From the NCBI GenBank assembly GCA_965221325.1, contig OZ244880.1: a DNA stretch of 64,000 nt. One strand, 5' to 3'. The notes beneath the pieces were generated by a model. That model saw only the letters and a list, made by a program, of their open reading frames with translations. It was not told the origin of the DNA and did not search any database. Position 1 is the stretch's first letter. Every line of letters begins with the position of its first letter. Origin of the DNA: Candidatus Foliamicus sp. Lineage in GTDB: Bacteria; Pseudomonadota; Gammaproteobacteria; Steroidobacterales; Foliamicaceae. The translations under genes were made by a program, and so were the position numbers. Below are positions 59,459-64,000 of the stretch, piece by piece.

Positions 59459-62400
59459 ATGCAGACCCTCAGCGGCGAAAATGCACTGCCCATGGAAACA
59501 CCGACGCAAACTGACCGCAGAGCGGACCGGATGCTGCGGCTGAATTGGCCCAGCGCCGGCATCGCCGAAATGCAGTTGTTCAGCGTTAACGCCGGCGCTG
59601 TGCCTCTGGTTTGCGCGGAACTCATTGCCGACCATGCGGGCTCCTGCCTGGTGGTGGTGACTCCCGATCCGGGACGCGGCGAAGACCTGATGCGGCAGGT
59701 GTCCTGGCTGCGCGGAGGTTCGGACCGCATGGCGTTGCTGCCCGATCGCGAAACGCTGCCTTACGACCTGTTCAGCCCGCACTCCGAAATCGTTTCCCGG
59801 CGACTTGAGACGCTCTCGCGATTGCTCGACGCCGACGCCTCGGATGCGCCTCTGACGGTATTCGTGGCCGCGCCGACACTGCTGGACCGGTTGCCGCCCA
59901 GAAAAGCGCTGCGAAGTTGGATGAAATTCGATTGCCGGGTCGGTCAGGAACTGGATCCTCGGGAATTGCACCGACGCCTGGAAGAAGCCGCCTATGTGCG
60001 CGTGCCGCTGGTGAACGAGGCGGGCGAATACGCGGTTCGGGGCGCGCTGACCGACCTGTATCCCAGCGGAGCGCCGGCTCCGGTGCGCATCGAATTCTTC
60101 GATCTGCAAGTGGAATCGATCCGCATTTTCAACCCGGCTTCGCAGCGCAGCACACGAAACTTGAACGCGTTTCGCCTGTTGCCGGCGCGCGAACTGCCGC
60201 TGGATTCCGGCAGCGTGGAAGCGTTCCGCGACCGATTTCGCCGCCGCTTTCCCGACAATCCTGCGCGCGCGGAGGTGTACCGCAAGCTGGGCGAGGGCGT
60301 GGCGCCGCAAGGCGCCGAGAACTATCTGCCGCTGTTCTACGAGCAAACCGAAACCCTCTGGGACTACCTGCCCGCCGACAGCGCCGTAGTGCTCCTGCCC
60401 GGCAGCGAAGCCGCGATGCAGACAGAATGGGACAATGTTGCCGAGCGCTGCCGACAGCGCGCCGACGATCCGGAGCAACCCTGTCTGGCGCCCGACGAGC
60501 TTTTCGCGCCGCCCGCACTGCAACAGTCCGCGATGGACGTATTCAGGCAGGTCAAGTGCAGCGGCGACCCGTTGCCTGGCTCCGACCGAGGCGGCGTGGC
60601 GCGCAGCATGGATGTGCGCCCGGCTCCTAGTCTGCTCCTTTCGCGGAGCGACGAGCATGCGTCGCTGGAGGCGTTTGCTCGGAAACCCGGTAGGCGCATC
60701 CTGCTATCGGCGGAAACAGCCGGCCAGCGCGAACTGATCCGCGAACTCCTCCGCAGCCGCGCGCTTAAGCCACTGGAGACGCCGTCCTGGTCGGCTTTTC
60801 TCGCCTCGGCAGCTCCGCTGTGCCTTGCGGAGAGTCCCTTGGACGAAGGCATGGCGCTAGGCGACGAGATCGTGGTGCTTACCGAGCGCGAGCTGTTCGG
60901 GCGGCAACGGCCCTTGACTCGCCGGCGCCGCGGCAGCCAGCCGGAACCGGAAGCTATCCTGCAAAGTCTGGCCGACCTTTCTCCCGGAGCGCCGGTGGTA
61001 CACGAAGATCACGGAATCGGCCGCTACGAGGGCTTGCAGACCATTCATGCGGGCGACGCACCCGCTGAGTTCATGTGCGTGGAGTATGCCGGCGGCGACC
61101 GCCTCTATGTGCCGGTTTCGGACATGCAGTTGATCACCCGCTACACCGGCGGAAACCCGGAGCAAGCGCCTCTGCACCGGCTAGGTTCGGATGCCTGGGC
61201 GCGGATCAAACGTCGCGCAGAGCAACAGTTGCGCGACACGGCGGCCGAATTGCTGGCGCTGCAGGCGCAGCGGACCGCGCGGCGCATGCCCGCCATGCGC
61301 GCCCCGGCAGCCGAGGCCAGTGCCTTTGCGGCGCGCTTCCCCTACCGCCTCACCGACGACCAGAAGCGCGCCGTAGAGCAGGCACTGGAAGACCTGGCCG
61401 CGGGGAAACCCATGGATAGGCTGATTTGCGGAGATGTGGGGTTCGGCAAGACCGAGGTCGCACTGCGCGCTGCGTTTGCAGCCGTCGTGGAGGGTTTCCA
61501 GGTAGCGGTGCTCGCACCCACCACGCTGCTTGCGCAGCAGCACCACCGTCTGTTCAGCGACCGGTTTGCGGACTGGCCGGTGCGCGTGGAAATGCTGACG
61601 CGCTTCGGCAAAGGCCGAACCAACGAGGCGCTGCGGCAAGACCTCAAGGACGGCCGCGTGGATATCGTGGTGGGTTCCCATGGTCTGTTGAGCCAGCGGG
61701 TTGGTTTCAAGCGGCTGGGACTGCTGGTGGTGGACGAGGAGCACCGTTTCGGCGTGCGTCAGAAGGAGCGCATCAAGGCGCTGCGTGCCGACTTGCACGT
61801 GCTCACGCTAACGGCCACACCGATTCCGCGCACCCTGAACATGTCGCTGGGCGGGCTGCGCGATCTCTCGCTGATCACTACGCCACCGCCCGCGCGCATG
61901 GCGGTGAAGACCTTCGTGACGCCCTGGCGCAACAGTCTGATCCGGGAGGCCTGCCGGCGCGAACTGCGCCGCGGCGGAGCAATCTTTTTCGTCCACAACC
62001 GCGTTCGGGACATCGACAGGATCGCCCGCGAACTCAAGACTCTGCTCGGCGACGTGCGCCTGGAGGTGGCTCACGGTCAGTTACTGGACGCAGAACTGCA
62101 AAGGGTAATGACCGATTTCTACCACCGCCGCTTTGACGTGCTGGTATGCACCACCATCATCGAGAGCGGCCTGGACATACCGCACGCCAACACCATGCTG
62201 ATCAACCGAGCCGATCGCCTGGGACTGGCGCAGTTGCACCAGCTTCGCGGCCGAGTCGGCCGCTCGCATCACCAGGCCTATGCCTACCTGATTCGGCCGC
62301 ACGAGAAGGAAATGACCGCCGACGCACACAAGCGCCTTGAGGCCATACAGGCGGCAGGCGAGCTGGGGGCGGGTTTCCTGCTGGCCACCCACGATCTCGA

Positions 62401-63004
62401 GATCCGCGGCGCCGGAGAACTGCTTGGCGAAGAACAGTCCGGGCAGATACAGCAGGTCGGCTTCAGCCTCTACAACGACATGCTGACCAGGGCCGTGGAG
62501 GTTTTGCGCGGCGGCGACACGGGCAAGAGCGATGTCGTCGCTGCGGCGCATCTGCGCGCCGACGTGGAACTGCATGTTGCCGCGCTGGTGCCGGAAGACT
62601 ACATGCCGGATGTGAACCAGAGGCTGAGCTGGTACAAGCGCATCGCCTCGGCGAGCGGCGCGGGACAACTCGACGAATTGCAGGTGGAACTCGTGGACCG
62701 TTTCGGGCCGGCGCCGGAGGCGGCCCGAAATCTGTTCCGCCAGTCCCGCATCCAGCAACGCATGCGCGGGCTGCGCATCCGGATGCTGGAGGCCGCGGCC
62801 CGAGGCGGCGAGATCGAATTTCACCCGGACACCCCCGTGGACCCGATGCAACTGGTAGCTCTCGCACAGCGGCAGCCGCAGGAGTTCGCTTTGCGGCCGA
62901 ATGGCGCGCTGAAGTTCCGGGCCGCGCTGGACGATTCCGACCGGCGCTTCCGCTATGTCGAACGCCTGCTCACGACCCTCGAACAATCCAGCCCAACTTC
63001 GTAA
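59459..63004 (+). CDS. mfd: Transcription-repair coupling factor Mfd
   Basis: CarD/TRCF RNAP-interacting domain (VHEDHGIGRY), helicase motifs GDVGFGKTEVA and DEEHRFGV, and a TRG region. Start uncertain (ATG 59459 or 59492). The track ORF start overlaps lolC. Confidence 0.92.
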   Translation: MQTLSGENALPMETPTQTDRRADRMLRLNWPSAGIAEMQLFSVNAGAVPLVCAELIADHAGSCLVVVTPDPGRGEDLMRQVSWLRGGSDRMALLPDRETLPYDLFSPHSEIVSRRLETLSRLLDADASDAPLTVFVAAPTLLDRLPPRKALRSWMKFDCRVGQELDPRELHRRLEEAAYVRVPLVNEAGEYAVRGALTDLYPSGAPAPVRIEFFDLQVESIRIFNPASQRSTRNLNAFRLLPARELPLDSGSVEAFRDRFRRRFPDNPARAEVYRKLGEGVAPQGAENYLPLFYEQTETLWDYLPADSAVVLLPGSEAAMQTEWDNVAERCRQRADDPEQPCLAPDELFAPPALQQSAMDVFRQVKCSGDPLPGSDRGGVARSMDVRPAPSLLLSRSDEHASLEAFARKPGRRILLSAETAGQRELIRELLRSRALKPLETPSWSAFLASAAPLCLAESPLDEGMALGDEIVVLTERELFGRQRPLTRRRRGSQPEPEAILQSLADLSPGAPVVHEDHGIGRYEGLQTIHAGDAPAEFMCVEYAGGDRLYVPVSDMQLITRYTGGNPEQAPLHRLGSDAWARIKRRAEQQLRDTAAELLALQAQRTARRMPAMRAPAAEASAFAARFPYRLTDDQKRAVEQALEDLAAGKPMDRLICGDVGFGKTEVALRAAFAAVVEGFQVAVLAPTTLLAQQHHRLFSDRFADWPVRVEMLTRFGKGRTNEALRQDLKDGRVDIVVGSHGLLSQRVGFKRLGLLVVDEEHRFGVRQKERIKALRADLHVLTLTATPIPRTLNMSLGGLRDLSLITTPPPARMAVKTFVTPWRNSLIREACRRELRRGGAIFFVHNRVRDIDRIARELKTLLGDVRLEVAHGQLLDAELQRVMTDFYHRRFDVLVCTTIIESGLDIPHANTMLINRADRLGLAQLHQLRGRVGRSHHQAYAYLIRPHEKEMTADAHKRLEAIQAAGELGAGFLLATHDLEIRGAGELLGEEQSGQIQQVGFSLYNDMLTRAVEVLRGGDTGKSDVVAAAHLRADVELHVAALVPEDYMPDVNQRLSWYKRIASASGAGQLDELQVELVDRFGPAPEAARNLFRQSRIQQRMRGLRIRMLEAAARGGEIEFHPDTPVDPMQLVALAQRQPQEFALRPNGALKFRAALDDSDRRFRYVERLLTTLEQSSPTS

Positions 63005-63021
63005 ACCGTAAACTTGGCCAC

Positions 63022-63687
63022 ATGATGCCGCTTGTACGCCGCCCAAGAGCCAGAAAGCCCGCCCCGTCGCACCTGCTGCTATGCGCTGGGCTGGCCTGTG
63101 CAACGCTGGCTGGCCCGCCTGCGCTTGCCCAGGAGGACGAGTTCCGCGTGGCGCTGGAAGTCCTCGTTTTTCTGCATCTCGATCCGGAGGCCAGCACCGA
63201 AGAGTTGGGCGTACAGCCACCCGCTCTTCCGGCGCCGCAAACCTATCCGGCGCCGCTTGCGCTGCCGGATTCGGGCGCAGTCACGCCACCCGCTCCGACC
63301 GGCTTGCTGGCACTCACCCGCGCCCAGTACGCGATGGAAGGTATCTGGTCTACGATGCGACGCAGCGCGGAATACCGGCCACTGGCGCATTTCGCCTGGG
63401 CCATGCCCGCCGGCTGGGACGGACAGCCGATTCCCTTGCGCCTGTCGACGCTATCCGCAGTGACGTTGCCCTTCAGCGGTGTGGCATCGCTGCGCGAGAA
63501 CAGGTTCGTGCACTTGACGCTTGATCTTCGCCTACCTGACGACGAAAACGAAGGCACAGTGTTCCAGCTTGCCGAGAGCAGGCGTCTGCTGCTGGAAGAG
63601 ATCCACTATTTCGATCATCCCCGCTTCGGGGCGGTTGCGAGACTGTTCCGCTATCGGGAGTCGCCGCAGACCGACGACCAGGGCTGA
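63022..63687 (+). CDS. Exported CsiV-like protein (peptidoglycan-associated family, tentative)
   Basis: Signal peptide ending PPALAQE. The C-terminal IHYFDHPRFGAVARL motif matches my memory of the CsiV family. Directly downstream of mfd. Confidence 0.55.
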   Translation: MMPLVRRPRARKPAPSHLLLCAGLACATLAGPPALAQEDEFRVALEVLVFLHLDPEASTEELGVQPPALPAPQTYPAPLALPDSGAVTPPAPTGLLALTRAQYAMEGIWSTMRRSAEYRPLAHFAWAMPAGWDGQPIPLRLSTLSAVTLPFSGVASLRENRFVHLTLDLRLPDDENEGTVFQLAESRRLLLEEIHYFDHPRFGAVARLFRYRESPQTDDQG

Positions 63688-63733
63688 AGGCGGAACCCAC
63701 CCGACCGCCGGGCGCCTGGCCTGCAAATTGGTC

Positions 63734-64000
63734 TTAGCGCGCGCGGAGAAGCGCGGCCAGACGCTCGGCTCCGCCGGGCCTGGGAGCCAGATTCCAGTTG
63801 GCCAATAGTTCGCGCGCGCCTTCAGGGTCATTGCATATCGGCAGCATGTCGCATCCGGCCCGCAAGGCCGCGGCTACTCGTTCGTCCAGCGCGCCAGCCT
63901 GGGCGGCGCCGTGCATCGACAAGTCGTCGGCGAAAATCGCGCCGGCGAAACCGATACGCTCACGCAGTTCATGCTTGAGCCAGCGAGACGAGTAGCACGG
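63734..64000 (-). CDS. nagZ: Beta-N-acetylhexosaminidase NagZ (C-terminal part; 5' end beyond the window)
   Basis: Hand extension of the frame to the window edge gives ...SSRWLKHELRERIGFAGAIFADDLSMHGAAQAG...GCDMLPICND, typical of the distal part of NagZ. Confidence 0.8.
   Translation of the reverse strand, partial: PCYSSRWLKHELRERIGFAGAIFADDLSMHGAAQAGALDERVAAALRAGCDMLPICNDPEGARELLANWNLAPRPGGAERLAALLRAR

Noticed and set aside
1-64000. Mobile elements, CRISPR arrays, tRNA/rRNA genes, known defence or toxin-antitoxin genes
   Set aside because: I recognised no transposase, integrase or Cas-like translations. No intergenic region other than the rne leader exceeds ~220 nt, and I saw no regularly spaced direct repeats or cloverleaf-like sequences in the gaps.

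Overview
This is a GC-rich, almost gene-saturated chromosomal segment. Its gene order looks like a gammaproteobacterium of the Pseudomonas/Xanthomonas type: mutS-cinA-recA-recX-alaS; bamD/rluD-pgeF-clpB; rluC/rne; kdsB-lpxK-msbA-comEC-lolD-lolE-lolC; mfd-csiV-like-nagZ. I support about 47 protein-coding genes. I found no rRNA, tRNA, CRISPR array, transposase, integrase or recognisable prophage or defence gene. Most long ORFs in the track are antisense or out-of-frame artefacts of the high G+C content and were discarded. Many track ORFs also begin upstream of the likely true start, so I trimmed those using Shine-Dalgarno (SD) position, N-terminal homology and neighbouring stop codons. The content is mainly housekeeping: DNA repair, aminoacyl-tRNA synthetases, envelope biogenesis, RNA metabolism, an acyl-CoA operon and PEP carboxykinase. 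Accessory-looking parts: (i) 1-9734, an ECF sigma/FecR/STN-TonB-receptor signalling module with a second divergent ~1000-aa receptor and an exported TPR-like protein. (ii) 43752-46259, a visibly lower-GC two-gene cassette directly downstream of rluC, with an ~11-TM protein carrying a soluble C-terminal domain and a 224-aa soluble protein; I cannot assign a function to either. (iii) 49621-50256, an orphan 211-aa protein between rne and kdsB. (iv) 30953-31900, a Trp-rich polytopic membrane protein. The rluC-downstream cassette is my best candidate for something undescribed, but the evidence is contextual only. Smaller observations: a strong SD placed before an in-frame ATC upstream of the ECF sigma gene; clpB with no SD and promoter-like hexamers placed for a leaderless transcript; a long structured rne leader; and an RNase E tail with ten consecutive Arg. 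All family calls come from motif recognition in the translations, with no database search.
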